From assembly GCA_965368975.1 (NCBI GenBank), contig CBDUPA010000006.1, forward strand, positions 192,001-256,000: a stretch of DNA of 64,000 nt, in the 5' to 3' direction. The notes below the pieces were generated by a model. The model did not search any database and was not told the DNA's origin. It was given only the letters and a program-made list of their open reading frames with translations. This DNA is from an uncultured bacterium (GTDB lineage Bacteria; Acidobacteriota; Thermoanaerobaculia; Multivoradales; JAHZIX01). Positions 46,681-56,703 of the stretch are shown here, piece by piece. Positions within the stretch are counted from its first letter, which is position 1. Every line of letters starts with the position of its first letter. The position numbers and the translations under genes are program-made.

Positions 46681-48028
46681 GCACCGCCGATAGCGTCCGG
46701 CCCAGCAGGTGCAGGTCGAGCCACAGCGACCAGTTGCGGATGTAGTAGGTGTCCAGCGCCTGCTGCTCGTCGACACCGCCCTCGCTGCGCACCGTTACCT
46801 GCCACAGTCCGGTAATCCCCGGGCGTACGCGTCGACGTAGCTGCCGGAAAGTATCGGTGAAGCGTTGCAGGTGGTAGTCCGGAAACGGTCGGGGCCCCAC
46901 CAGGCTCATCTGGCCCAGCACTACGTTGGCCAGCTGTGGCAGCTCGTCGAGCGAGTAGCGGCGCAGGAACTTGCCGATCCAGGGCAGCACACGCGGATCG
47001 TCGTGCAGCTTGTAGCGTTTCTGCCATTGCCGCCGCAACTCGGGGTCGGCATCGAGATGTCGTTCGAGCCGTGCTTCCGCATCGCGGTACATGGTGCGCA
47101 CCTTCCACACCGTGATCCGGTGTCCGCCCAGACCTTCGCGTCGTTGCACGAAGAAGGGCCAGCCCGGATCCGTGATCATCACGGCCAGCGCTGCCAGCAG
47201 AATCAGCGGCAGAGCCAGCAGCAGAAAAAGCGTGCCGGCGGTCAGGTCGAGCGTGCGCTTGAGCAGCCGATTGCGTCGCTGTAGCAGGTTGTTGGTGTAC
47301 TCGATTCCCAGCACGCCACCGCCCAGGTTGCGGATCTGCACCCCTTCCACTGGTAGGTCGTCGATCTGGCGGAGCAGAACCAGGTGCCGAAACAGCTGTC
47401 GTAGCTGGTCGAGGGCTTCGGCATAAGGCCGGTTGGCGCGGCGGTCGAAGTGCGAAGGGTCGAGCAGGGCCACCCGGATCCCCGCCTGCGCTGCTTCCTC
47501 CGCTTCCCCGATCGTCGCCAGCATCGCGACCGCCCGGTACCCCATCTCCGCCGCCTCTTCCCTCAGCTCCGGCGTCACCCCGACCCCGCCGATCACGATC
47601 ACCGGCTCCGGCCACCACGTCCAACGCGCCACGATGCGAAGCACCACGCCACGCACCAGCGGCACCACCGCCAGGCTGATGACCGCGGCCAGCGCGAAGG
47701 TGATGCGGGAGTAGAGGTACGGCGTCTGGCTGGCGAAGCTGAGGGCGGCCAGCAGCAGGAACCCAAAGCCGGTCGTCAACACCTGGCGCCGCAGCGTCTC
47801 GACCGGCCCGAGACCGAAGCCGGGGTAGAGGCCGGCGAAGGCGTAGCCGAGCAAGAAGAGAAAGAGCAACGGCCACAGCCCGGAATACAGCGATGGCGGT
47901 TGCCCGTGCACCGGCAGCGCCCACAGCGCATAGGCGAGAAACGCCGCGAGCGTCAGGCCGAGGGCGTCGGCCGTCAGCAGGATGGCGTTGCGGGCGAGGC
48001 GGAAGGGGAGATGGCGGACGGGCTTCAC
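46658..48028 (-). CDS. wbaP: Undecaprenyl-phosphate sugar phosphotransferase (WbaP-like priming glycosyltransferase)
   Basis: N-terminal TMs; LKRTLD, KVRTM, DDPRV...GKFLRRYSLDELPQL.NV..G.MSLVGPRP, PGITGLWQV, YIRNWSLWLDL. Confidence 0.85.
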   Translation of the reverse strand: MKPVRHLPFRLARNAILLTADALGLTLAAFLAYALWALPVHGQPPSLYSGLWPLLFLFLLGYAFAGLYPGFGLGPVETLRRQVLTTGFGFLLLAALSFASQTPYLYSRITFALAAVISLAVVPLVRGVVLRIVARWTWWPEPVIVIGGVGVTPELREEAAEMGYRAVAMLATIGEAEEAAQAGIRVALLDPSHFDRRANRPYAEALDQLRQLFRHLVLLRQIDDLPVEGVQIRNLGGGVLGIEYTNNLLQRRNRLLKRTLDLTAGTLFLLLALPLILLAALAVMITDPGWPFFVQRREGLGGHRITVWKVRTMYRDAEARLERHLDADPELRRQWQKRYKLHDDPRVLPWIGKFLRRYSLDELPQLANVVLGQMSLVGPRPFPDYHLQRFTDTFRQLRRRVRPGITGLWQVTVRSEGGVDEQQALDTYYIRNWSLWLDLHLLGRTLSAVLSGRGAY

Positions 48029-48043
48029 GCGGGCAGTGTACAG

Positions 48044-51000
48044 TTACTCACCACCCTCGATCTCCACCCGGCCCCCCGCCGAGTAGGCGACGAACTCGGG
48101 CGCGTACATCGACTGTACCTGCGCCGGAGCGGCCTGGAAGCTGCCAGCGGTGGTGGCTCTCAGGCGGTACTTGAAGGTGTACTCGCCGACGGGCAGGCGT
48201 TCGAAGAAGAAGTTGGTGCCGCTGTCGCGCACTTCCTCGTACCACCAGATGCCGAGGTCCCACTGGACGCCCGAACTCAGGGTTTCCGGTTCGAAGCCGG
48301 CGGGCCGCGGATCGCGCAGGTGGACGTACTCGGCGGCGTGCTTGGAGCGCAGCGAGACCTGGACTTCTACCTGGTCGCCGATCTCGACGCGTGTACCGTC
48401 GGCCAGGGGACGCAGTACCCAATCGCTGCCGCCGCCAGAACCCGAGCGCTCGCGCTTGAAGTAGGCACGCTCGACGTGGAAGAAGTTGCCGCGTGCTTCC
48501 TTCGGCGGAGTCTCGGTGGAGAAGTGCCAGGTAGCGGAAGCGAAGAGGAAGCCGGGGGTGTCCTTCTCGACCACGATGGTGCTGTCCGTCGCGGGATCGA
48601 TCTCGTCGCCTTCGAGCTGCCACTGGACGCCCTTGCCGGTGAAGGTGTCGGGGTCGAACTCGAAGTCGCGTTGCCGGTCGCCGATGCGCACCTGCACGGC
48701 TTCGCGCACGGCCAGCAGGTCTTCAGCCTGCAGGTAGTGAACCAGGCCATAGATGGCTTCGGCGGTGGCGCGGGTGGACTTCCAGTGGTTGAGCTTCTTG
48801 TTCAGGAACAGCCACTGCACCAGGCCGTGACGCAGCTCATTGTCCGGCTGCAGTTCGAGCAGCGCGCGCAGCACGAAGGCGTGGCTCTCGACGGTGTCGT
48901 TGTACCAGAGCCAGGCGCGATCCTCGGGCGCCCAGAAGGTACCCTCGTCCTCGGTGGTCCGGGCGGAGTCGAGGATGCTGTCGAAGACCAGGCGCGCGTC
49001 CTCGGTGCGGTCGGCTCGGTGCAGAGCCAGGCTGAGATAGGCCTTGAGTCGTGGACTGTTGTTCTTCCAGCTCTCGAACGCGGCAGCGAGCATGGTGGCG
49101 CGGTCGCCGTCCGTGAAGTTGTTGCCGGTCCACGATGCGTCGGGGTAGCTAGAGAGCACGTAGCTCATGTACGTGAGGATGTGTGGCGAGGCCTTGCCCT
49201 GCTTGAGCTGCTCGACCAGCTCGCGGTCCCAGTAGCGCTTCATGTAGCCCCAGGCTCGCACGACCATGTCCTTGGGCACCTCGACGCCGAATTCGAGCGC
49301 GCGCGAGAAGCCGTCGAGCAGGTAGAGGGTTATGTAGGTCGAGGGCGGACCGCCAGGCCACCAGGGGAAGCCGCCTTGCGCGGTCTGTGCTTCTCGGAGC
49401 TTGGCCAGCGCTGCCTGGCGCAACTGGCCGGTGCGTCGCGGGTCGAGAACGTTGAGCAGGTCGTACGGGACTTCGCCGCCGCCCTGGGCCATCTGCACCC
49501 ACGGGGTCTCTTCGAGCGCCAGCGCGCGGTTCGGATCGGGGCCGTCCCAGGCTTCGAAGACGGTGTCTCGGCTCGACAGCTGCTCGGCCATGCGCGCGAC
49601 GGCAGGGTAGTCGCCGTAGAGCGTGGACAAGATGCCGGTGGAGACGAAGCGGTTGAGGGTCTGCTCGGTGCACTCGTAGGGGTAGTCGACCAGGTACGGC
49701 AGCGCCTGCAGCACGCCGTAGAAGAGCTGCGCGTCGAGGGTGACGACCAGCTGCTCTTGCAGCATCGTCGGGTCGGTGCTTGCCGAGCTGGCCTGTGCTG
49801 CCAGGTCGGCGAAGTGCAACTCACGCCGTGCACTCTCGCCTGCGCCGGAGTGCAGGGTGGCGAAGCGCGACTGGATCAGGTGAATGCGGCCAGGTAGCAG
49901 AGGTAGGGGGCGCTGCTCGCCGTCCTGGAAGCTGCCGGCCCGCGCCACGGCGCGCACCACGACCTCCCCGACACCACGCGGGTTGACGAGCGGGAAGGTG
50001 AAGGTCGTGCTGCCGCCCGGGTCGAGCTGGAAGTCGAGGCCACGAGTGTCGGCGGTAGTGAGGCCGAAGTCGGCGAGACGCGACGGCCCCAGCTCGCTCG
50101 TGTCTGGGCTGGTGTCACTGCCGTCTGCCGGGGCGGTGAGCGGAGCGAAGAGGCCGAAGTCGAGTTGCCCTTCGAAGGCTTCGTCACCGGCGTTCTGCAC
50201 CACCACTTTGATCCGTGCTGCGTCGCCTTCGCGCAGGAAGCGGGGCAGGTAGGGGCGCACCAGCAGTTCCTTGACGCTGCGCGTCGTCTTGTGCACGGCA
50301 CCGCCGCGCAGGTCCTGGGTGACGGCGTGCGCCCACACATTCCACTCGGTGACCGAGTCGGGGACGGTGAACTCGAAGCTGACGCTGCCGTCATCGCCGG
50401 TGAGTAACTGAGGTACCCAGAAGGCGGTCTCGGCGAAGTCCTTGCGCACGGGCTCCTGCTCTGCGCCCGGCGGTGGCGGTGGAGGGGGTGGTGCATCGTC
50501 GACGGAGCTGAGGGCGCGCAGTTCCTCCTCGGTTCCGACTTCCATCGCCGCACCCACCGCGAGCGACTCGGCGACCATGGGTGCATCGGCGACAGCGATA
50601 GCATCCGCTTCGAACATCGGTGGCGACGGCGCCGACGGGACGCGCATCTTCATGGCACGCGAGCGCGGGCCGATGCCGCCGATACCGAAGTTGTCGAAGT
50701 ACTTGAGGCGATCCGTGCGCAAGGGGCTAGAGCTGGGCAGTTCGCCGAAGCCCTGGTTGTGCTGCCAGGCCATCCAGGCCTGGCCGAGTCCGCTCTCGAG
50801 GGTTTGCCACTGCGCGTGCGTCGGGTAGAGGGCCTGGACGTCGACCGGGTTGTGGCCAGCGAAGATGTCGAGGCTGCGGTCGTACATGTAGGCCAGAACC
50901 TCGGCGGCACCAGCGCTCAGGGCCTGCTCGTCGTCACTGCGTACCGTCACCTTCCAGGTCTCGCTCTGTCCGGGGCGCAGACGGTCGCGGAAGGTGGAGA

Positions 51001-54000
51001 ACTCGACCTGCAGCCGGCGGTCGTGCCAGGGCACCTGGATGTGCTCTTGCAGGCGTAGCTGCTGGTGATCGCGCAGGCTGGTGAGGGTGACGCTGAAGCC
51101 GCCGCGATCGGCCAGGGTGACCGGGATCTCGATCAGCTGCGGGTCGCGGCCGGCGGTCAGCACTTGGCGGTTCAGGCGTCGCAAGCCGCGGAAGACTTCG
51201 AGCACCAGGGGTTGACCCTCGAGGCCGGAGGCGGCCAGCAGGCGCAGCGTCTCGCCCGCGCGCACGCTGGTCTTTTCGGCCTGCAAGAGGAGCGGCAACC
51301 GGGGCGCGCTGGCGCCCGCTTGCGTCGCGGCGACGATCAAGTCGTTGCAGGTTTCGAATAGGCGGCCGAACGGGTCTTCGGTGTGGTAGCACAGGCGCCA
51401 GGCACCGGGCGGCAAGAGGCCGAGGTCGAGACTCGCGGGCTCCACGTGGTGCTGCAGCTCACCGCGGCTGCGCTCTGGGCCGGCGGGCCAGCCGCGGAGA
51501 ATGGCCTGCGTGTGGATCTCGGTACTCCAGCGCGGGCGCAATCGATCACCGGGAGTGGCATAGGGATTCTCTTCGCCGTTCTCTTCTTTGTGCTCTTCAT
51601 TGGGCCGGGGCCGCTGGGTCGGCCTATTGATTGGCATGTCGGCTGGTAGCACGACCTCGTCCGGGGCTTGCAGGGGGGCCAGCGTCCAGGTGCCGCTGCC
51701 GGCGCGCGCGATGCCGTCCAGATCGGTACGTCGCACCGTCACGCGCACCGGATCGCCCTCGACGTAGAAGCCAGCCGCCAGGTCGATACGGGCATCGACG
51801 GCGCTGAAGCCGAGATGGAAGGTCCGCGAGCCGGAGCGGGTCTCGCCGCCCTCGTCCGTGACGTCGACATCCAGACGATAGCGGTAGGTGACCCCGTCTT
51901 CAGCGTCGCGTTCGTCGGCTTCGGGAGTGAAGTTGACGTCGAAGGTACCGTCGTCGGCCAGCGTGCCGCTGCCGTCGGCGATCACCTGTTCCTCGCCACC
52001 TGGTGCGCCGCCCCACCAGAACCACCAGGGCGGGAAGCGCGGTACACGCGTGACGCGCCAGCTCACCTCGCCGGCATTCACCGGCAGGCCGAAGTAGTAG
52101 CGGGCCTCGGCGGTCAGCTCGGCCGGCCGGTTGAGGCGCAAGGGCTCGGCAGCGTCCTGCACCGTCACCTCGAAGGTCGGACGCTTGTACTCCTCCACCT
52201 GGATCGACGTCCAGCCCTGGCCTGCGGCGGACAGGCTCCAGGAGCCGAGCAAGCGACCGGCCGGGATGTTGAACGTACCAGCAGCGCTGCCAAAGGCGTT
52301 GGTGCGCACCGTGACCTCGGCCGCTTCCTGGCCGTTGGCATCTTCCAGCCGCACGGTCAGGTGGTGATCCGGCAAGGTCTTGAACTCGCCGTTCTCGGCG
52401 TGGCCTCGGTAGACCACGGCTTTCCAGTGCACCTGCTGGCCGGGCCGGTAGATGCTGCGGTCGGTGTAGAGCAGCGCCCGCGTGACGACTTCGTTGCTGT
52501 CGTAGATGGGGCGCACCCACATGTGCTCGGCGCCGATCGCCACATCCTGACCGTGGCGTCCCAGCAGGGCGAACGGACCGTCCCCCAGCGCCGATGCTGG
52601 AAAGAGCGCACGACCGTCCTCGCCGGTACGTCGCGTCGCCGCGAGCTGGTGGCCGCCTCGGTTCCAGTTGAGCTTGTAGAAGCTGACCCCGGCGCCTTCG
52701 AGCAGGTCGCCGGTGGCACCCGAGCGGGCCGTGACCTCGAAGCGGCGCGCGCCGTCTTCGTCCAGCTGGCGCATCAGCAAGACCAGATCCCCGACGATCA
52801 CGTTGACCGCGGTGCGCCGGCTGCCGTGCTTGGAAGAACTGAACTCCAAGAAGCCGCGGTTGGTCGAGGCGGCGATCACGTACAGGCCGGGTTCGAGCGT
52901 CTCGGGCAGGGTCACGTAGGCTAGATGGTTACGGTAGTCGCGTGTCGGCGGCAGTTCGACGTCCCAGGCGTCGATGTAGTCGTGGTTCTCCAGGATGTTG
53001 GGAATCTCGCTGCTGTCCGGTAGCAGCGAGCGACCGGTCGCGCCATCGACCTGCGCGAAGAGGTTGACGGGGTAGGCGCGGAAGTAGAGCGCTTCCAGGT
53101 TCTTGTAGTTCACCTGGATCGAGCGGCGGCCGGGGGCGTCGCTCTTCATGGTGGTGAGGTTGTACTCGGGTACCTCAATGCGCGCGATCAGCTCTTTGCA
53201 GCGGATGCCGCCAGGACTCTGCGGGTGGGCCTCGCGGCCCTGCCGCGCGAGCTCGCGGGCTTGGATCAACGCACCGGGGGTGTCGAGCTGTTGCACGAAG
53301 GTCGCCAGCTGCCACTGGCCGTAGGACCACCAGGCATGCTCTTGACCCAGCTGGTCGAGCCGTGCCGCCAGGTCTTCGCGCAGCAGCGCGCGGTCGCCGT
53401 CCTTGTCGAAGTGATACCAGAGCTGTTCGGCACGCGCCCGATGAGCCTCGAACGCCGCCTCCGGACGCTTGTGCTGCCGGTGCCAAGCTTCCAGGTCGGC
53501 CAGCACCGCGCTCAGACGGCGCAGGGGATGGCCGTCAAGGCCGTCGAGCGGAGCGTCCAGTGCCGAGATCGACGCCCCGGCGAGCAACTCACTGACGTCC
53601 AGGCGCCAGGTCAGGCTCGAGCTGTCCGCCGGCCAGTAGCTGCTGTTGGCCAGCAGCTCCGCCCACAGGTAGCTCGCCGTGTCGCGCAGCGTGCCACGAA
53701 TGTGCGGCGGGAACTGGTTGGGGTCGATGTACTCGTCGAGCTCGCCGATCGGCGTCGCGCCCCAGGCTTCGCGTTGTGCCCACACGTCCTGGTAGGCACG
53801 GTGGGCCTCGTCCAGGAGCTGGTCGAGCGTCCAGGCCTTGAGGTCGAGCTCATCGCTCGTCGACTCGACACGCTCGCGTTGACGGATCTCCCAGGAATAC
53901 GCCTGGATGTAGGAGGTCAGCGCGTGCGCATAGTACAGCTGCACCGGCAACCCTAGCTTGGGCTCTACAGGCCAGGGCTCGGCCCGTAGATCGCGCACCG

Positions 54001-54319
54001 CCGTCTCAAAGCCGTGAAGCCCGATACGTAGCTGCGTGCGACGGATCAAGGCTCGTCCCTGGTACTCCTCGTCGCCCATCTGCCGCGCCTCGATCAGCAG
54101 CTTCTCGACCTGGTCCAGTGCGGCCTGGTACTTGTGCTCCTCGATCAGCTGGTCGACGGCTTGCCAGCGAGCGTCGTAGGTCATGGTGTCCTCCTGAGCC
54201 GAACCGTCCGGAATCAGTGTTTCCAGCGCAATGAGACGGGTGTCGATCCCCAGTCTTACCACGAAGACGGTGACCCCGAGGACGGCGGCGAGTACGAACC
54301 ATTTCAACGATCGGCGCAT
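48044..54319 (-). CDS. Bacterial alpha-2-macroglobulin
   Basis: AAGGAGG RBS before ATG 54319; YTDRSIYRPG (MG2), VEEYKRPTFEV, VRKDFAETAFW, thioester motif PYECTEQ (CTEQ at 49661-49672), C-terminal QSMYAPEF. Confidence 0.92.
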   Translation of the reverse strand: MRRSLKWFVLAAVLGVTVFVVRLGIDTRLIALETLIPDGSAQEDTMTYDARWQAVDQLIEEHKYQAALDQVEKLLIEARQMGDEEYQGRALIRRTQLRIGLHGFETAVRDLRAEPWPVEPKLGLPVQLYYAHALTSYIQAYSWEIRQRERVESTSDELDLKAWTLDQLLDEAHRAYQDVWAQREAWGATPIGELDEYIDPNQFPPHIRGTLRDTASYLWAELLANSSYWPADSSSLTWRLDVSELLAGASISALDAPLDGLDGHPLRRLSAVLADLEAWHRQHKRPEAAFEAHRARAEQLWYHFDKDGDRALLREDLAARLDQLGQEHAWWSYGQWQLATFVQQLDTPGALIQARELARQGREAHPQSPGGIRCKELIARIEVPEYNLTTMKSDAPGRRSIQVNYKNLEALYFRAYPVNLFAQVDGATGRSLLPDSSEIPNILENHDYIDAWDVELPPTRDYRNHLAYVTLPETLEPGLYVIAASTNRGFLEFSSSKHGSRRTAVNVIVGDLVLLMRQLDEDGARRFEVTARSGATGDLLEGAGVSFYKLNWNRGGHQLAATRRTGEDGRALFPASALGDGPFALLGRHGQDVAIGAEHMWVRPIYDSNEVVTRALLYTDRSIYRPGQQVHWKAVVYRGHAENGEFKTLPDHHLTVRLEDANGQEAAEVTVRTNAFGSAAGTFNIPAGRLLGSWSLSAAGQGWTSIQVEEYKRPTFEVTVQDAAEPLRLNRPAELTAEARYYFGLPVNAGEVSWRVTRVPRFPPWWFWWGGAPGGEEQVIADGSGTLADDGTFDVNFTPEADERDAEDGVTYRYRLDVDVTDEGGETRSGSRTFHLGFSAVDARIDLAAGFYVEGDPVRVTVRRTDLDGIARAGSGTWTLAPLQAPDEVVLPADMPINRPTQRPRPNEEHKEENGEENPYATPGDRLRPRWSTEIHTQAILRGWPAGPERSRGELQHHVEPASLDLGLLPPGAWRLCYHTEDPFGRLFETCNDLIVAATQAGASAPRLPLLLQAEKTSVRAGETLRLLAASGLEGQPLVLEVFRGLRRLNRQVLTAGRDPQLIEIPVTLADRGGFSVTLTSLRDHQQLRLQEHIQVPWHDRRLQVEFSTFRDRLRPGQSETWKVTVRSDDEQALSAGAAEVLAYMYDRSLDIFAGHNPVDVQALYPTHAQWQTLESGLGQAWMAWQHNQGFGELPSSSPLRTDRLKYFDNFGIGGIGPRSRAMKMRVPSAPSPPMFEADAIAVADAPMVAESLAVGAAMEVGTEEELRALSSVDDAPPPPPPPPGAEQEPVRKDFAETAFWVPQLLTGDDGSVSFEFTVPDSVTEWNVWAHAVTQDLRGGAVHKTTRSVKELLVRPYLPRFLREGDAARIKVVVQNAGDEAFEGQLDFGLFAPLTAPADGSDTSPDTSELGPSRLADFGLTTADTRGLDFQLDPGGSTTFTFPLVNPRGVGEVVVRAVARAGSFQDGEQRPLPLLPGRIHLIQSRFATLHSGAGESARRELHFADLAAQASSASTDPTMLQEQLVVTLDAQLFYGVLQALPYLVDYPYECTEQTLNRFVSTGILSTLYGDYPAVARMAEQLSSRDTVFEAWDGPDPNRALALEETPWVQMAQGGGEVPYDLLNVLDPRRTGQLRQAALAKLREAQTAQGGFPWWPGGPPSTYITLYLLDGFSRALEFGVEVPKDMVVRAWGYMKRYWDRELVEQLKQGKASPHILTYMSYVLSSYPDASWTGNNFTDGDRATMLAAAFESWKNNSPRLKAYLSLALHRADRTEDARLVFDSILDSARTTEDEGTFWAPEDRAWLWYNDTVESHAFVLRALLELQPDNELRHGLVQWLFLNKKLNHWKSTRATAEAIYGLVHYLQAEDLLAVREAVQVRIGDRQRDFEFDPDTFTGKGVQWQLEGDEIDPATDSTIVVEKDTPGFLFASATWHFSTETPPKEARGNFFHVERAYFKRERSGSGGGSDWVLRPLADGTRVEIGDQVEVQVSLRSKHAAEYVHLRDPRPAGFEPETLSSGVQWDLGIWWYEEVRDSGTNFFFERLPVGEYTFKYRLRATTAGSFQAAPAQVQSMYAPEFVAYSAGGRVEIEGGE

Positions 54320-54413
54320 GACGGACCTCCTTGCCTCATTAGACACGACTGGAGCATCCGAGGAAACCGCCCCGTTCCGTCATGAGCCTATTGCTTGGTC
54401 GAGAACAGCCTTG

Positions 54414-55670
54414 TCAGCCGTCCAGGTAGTTCTTTGCTCCCCGGACTTCCTCGAGAACAGTCGGATCTTTGTCCGACGCGAGCGCCTCGTCCAGCACCCG
54501 TCGCGCCGCGTCACTTCCCAAACGTCCCAACGCCCAGGCCGCGTGACCGCGCACGACGGGTGACGGATTGGACGCCAGCGCCTCCGCCAGGGCCGGCACG
54601 TAGCGTTCTTCACCGCCCCCTTGACTGCCCTCTTGACTGCCCTTTTGACTGCGGTGAGCCATGGCCAAGGTCGCGTTGCGCTGCAAACCATCGAGACGAG
54701 CGCGTTGCATGGCGCTGCCGCGGAAGCGCTCCTTGTACTCGTGCTCGTCGAGACGCAATAGCTGGATGAGATCGAGATCGGCGCGTTGTGGGGCGAGGTG
54801 GAGGTCAGGGTGGTCGGCGGCAGGGGAGTCGCGGATGTTCCAGGGGCAAACGTCCTGGCAGATGTCACAGCCGAAGACCCAGCCATCGAGCTTGTCGCGC
54901 CACTCCGGCGGGATGGCGCCGCGGTGTTCGATGGTCCAGTAGCTGATGCAGCGGTTGGCGTCGAGGCGGTAGGGTTCGCGCAGGGCGTCAGTGGGGCAGG
55001 CGTCGAGGCAGCGGGTACAGCGGCCGCACAGGTCGGTCAGGGGTTCCGAAACGGACTGGGGCTCCATCTCGGCATTCGGCTCCACCTCCAGCGTCAAGAA
55101 GATCTCACCGAGCAAGAACCACGAGCCTTGACGACTCAGCAGGCAGGTGTTCTTGCCCGTCACGCCGATACCGGCGCGGGCGGCCAGGGCACGTTCCAGG
55201 ACGGGACCGGTGTCGACGTAGATGCGCGTGTCGCAGCCGGGGAAGGCTTGGCGGATGCGCTTGGCCAGCTTCTTGAGCCGCTTGCCCATCAGGTTGTGGT
55301 AGTCACGGCCGTGGGCGTAGCGGGCGACCTTGGGCCACAGGTCATTGTCCGGGGCCGCAGCGGTGGGTGCCTCGCCTTGGAGGGGGCTGTATTGCAGGGC
55401 GACGCAGAGCGCCGCGCGGGCGCCCTCGAGCACCTTGGCCGGTTCGAGCCGCTCCTCGACGCGCTCGGCGAGGTAACCCATGCCGGCGTGTTCGCCGCGC
55501 TCCAACCAACGCAAGAACGCGCCGCCCTGCTCACCGAACGGCTCCAAAGTCGCAACGCCGGCGCGGTCGAAGCCGGCGTCGCGGGCCCACTCCTCGAGCA
55601 AGCTGGGAGTGAGCAAACTAGGCGTGAGCAAGTTCGAGGTGAGCAGGGTGGCGCGCTCTTGGGAGCTCAT
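54414..55670 (-). CDS. queG: tRNA epoxyqueuosine(34) reductase
   Basis: ARYAHGRDYH, YVDTGPVLER, CGRCTRCLDACPT, CISYWTIE, GCDICQDVCPWN, HEAT-like tail. Confidence 0.93.
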   Translation of the reverse strand: MSSQERATLLTSNLLTPSLLTPSLLEEWARDAGFDRAGVATLEPFGEQGGAFLRWLERGEHAGMGYLAERVEERLEPAKVLEGARAALCVALQYSPLQGEAPTAAAPDNDLWPKVARYAHGRDYHNLMGKRLKKLAKRIRQAFPGCDTRIYVDTGPVLERALAARAGIGVTGKNTCLLSRQGSWFLLGEIFLTLEVEPNAEMEPQSVSEPLTDLCGRCTRCLDACPTDALREPYRLDANRCISYWTIEHRGAIPPEWRDKLDGWVFGCDICQDVCPWNIRDSPAADHPDLHLAPQRADLDLIQLLRLDEHEYKERFRGSAMQRARLDGLQRNATLAMAHRSQKGSQEGSQGGGEERYVPALAEALASNPSPVVRGHAAWALGRLGSDAARRVLDEALASDKDPTVLEEVRGAKNYLDG

Positions 55671-55709
55671 GCTTCCCTGCGAATCAGGGCGTGTCAGCTC
55701 AGGATCGTG

Positions 55710-56543
55710 TCAGGGGCAGGTCGCGAAAGCCGAAGTGTCGGTCACTGCATCGGCGGGCTTACCCAGCTCGTTGAAGTAGCTGCGGCTCTCGAAGGTCTCC
55801 AGGTCGATGACAGTCAACGTGTATTCGACGTCGGTGGCCGCGGCGGCGAAGACCCAGTAGTGGTCGTTGTAACTGCAGCCGTCCAGTACCTTGACCAGCA
55901 TTTCCCAGTTGCTCGGATCGAAGAAGTAGAACGTGGTCGAGTCTTCCGAGCGGTTGCCGGCCAGGCGTCCGATACCGGTTTGACCGTTGGCCCTGCGCCA
56001 GTCCACGAAGACGCAGAAGCGGCCCAGGTTGAGCGCGTTCGAATCGTCGCCATCGTCGGACAGATAGACCTCGTCGCCGAGGAAGCAAGAAGACGGCACT
56101 GGCTGGCCGTCGCCAGTGATCTGGTTGAGAACCAGGCCGGCTTCGCCTGCTGCAGAGCCGGTGGTGACCACGTGATAGACCACGCCGGCCACCATCTGGA
56201 TCGTGATCGCCGAGAAGCCGGTACCGGCGATGGAGTCGTCGCTGGCGGCGACCAGATTGTCGAGCGGCCGAGCCGGATCGAAGCGCCCGGCATAGAGCGC
56301 CAGGAAGCCGTCGAACGCCTGGTTGCTGGTGATCGTGTATTCGCCGCTCTGGTCGACGAAGAGGGCCAGCGAACTATAGGTGACGACCTCACCCGAGAGC
56401 CCCGAGAGGTCCTCCGATGGCCGGTTCCAGGTGTTGGCGGTCGAGGCCGTGTCGTCGTTCCATTGGAAGGTGTCTGCGACAGCGGCGGGGGTCAGGGCCA
56501 GCAGCGCCAGGGCGGCGAGCGTCAGGAAGCAGCGCGGTGTCAT
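55710..56543 (-). CDS. Secreted protein (PPC-like domain plus FFDPxNxE..VKVLDGC domain)
   Basis: Signal peptide; FDGFLALY...NLVAASDD; FYFFDPSNWEMLVKVLDGC..N..YWVFAAAATDVEY. Confidence 0.7.
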   Translation of the reverse strand: MTPRCFLTLAALALLALTPAAVADTFQWNDDTASTANTWNRPSEDLSGLSGEVVTYSSLALFVDQSGEYTITSNQAFDGFLALYAGRFDPARPLDNLVAASDDSIAGTGFSAITIQMVAGVVYHVVTTGSAAGEAGLVLNQITGDGQPVPSSCFLGDEVYLSDDGDDSNALNLGRFCVFVDWRRANGQTGIGRLAGNRSEDSTTFYFFDPSNWEMLVKVLDGCSYNDHYWVFAAAATDVEYTLTVIDLETFESRSYFNELGKPADAVTDTSAFATCP

Positions 56544-56703
56544 GAAGGAGTCTCCTCTCGGAAGGTTTCAGCTCTGCATGGAGTGTATAACAAGCAGGTG
56601 CGGTCCGGGATCGAACTGCAAAAGTATAACCCGGCGGGCTAGAATCCGTTTGTCTAAAGGACGGCTCTTGCCCACGCCCCTGATAACCGACAGGAGATCC
56701 AAC

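Noticed and set aside
47450-49897. 815-aa plus-strand ORF and other long antisense ORFs (e.g. 31830..33566, 54786..56642, 11315..13129, 21680..23308)
   Set aside because: Shadow ORFs opposite well-supported genes, as expected in high-GC DNA; they have no recognisable motifs.
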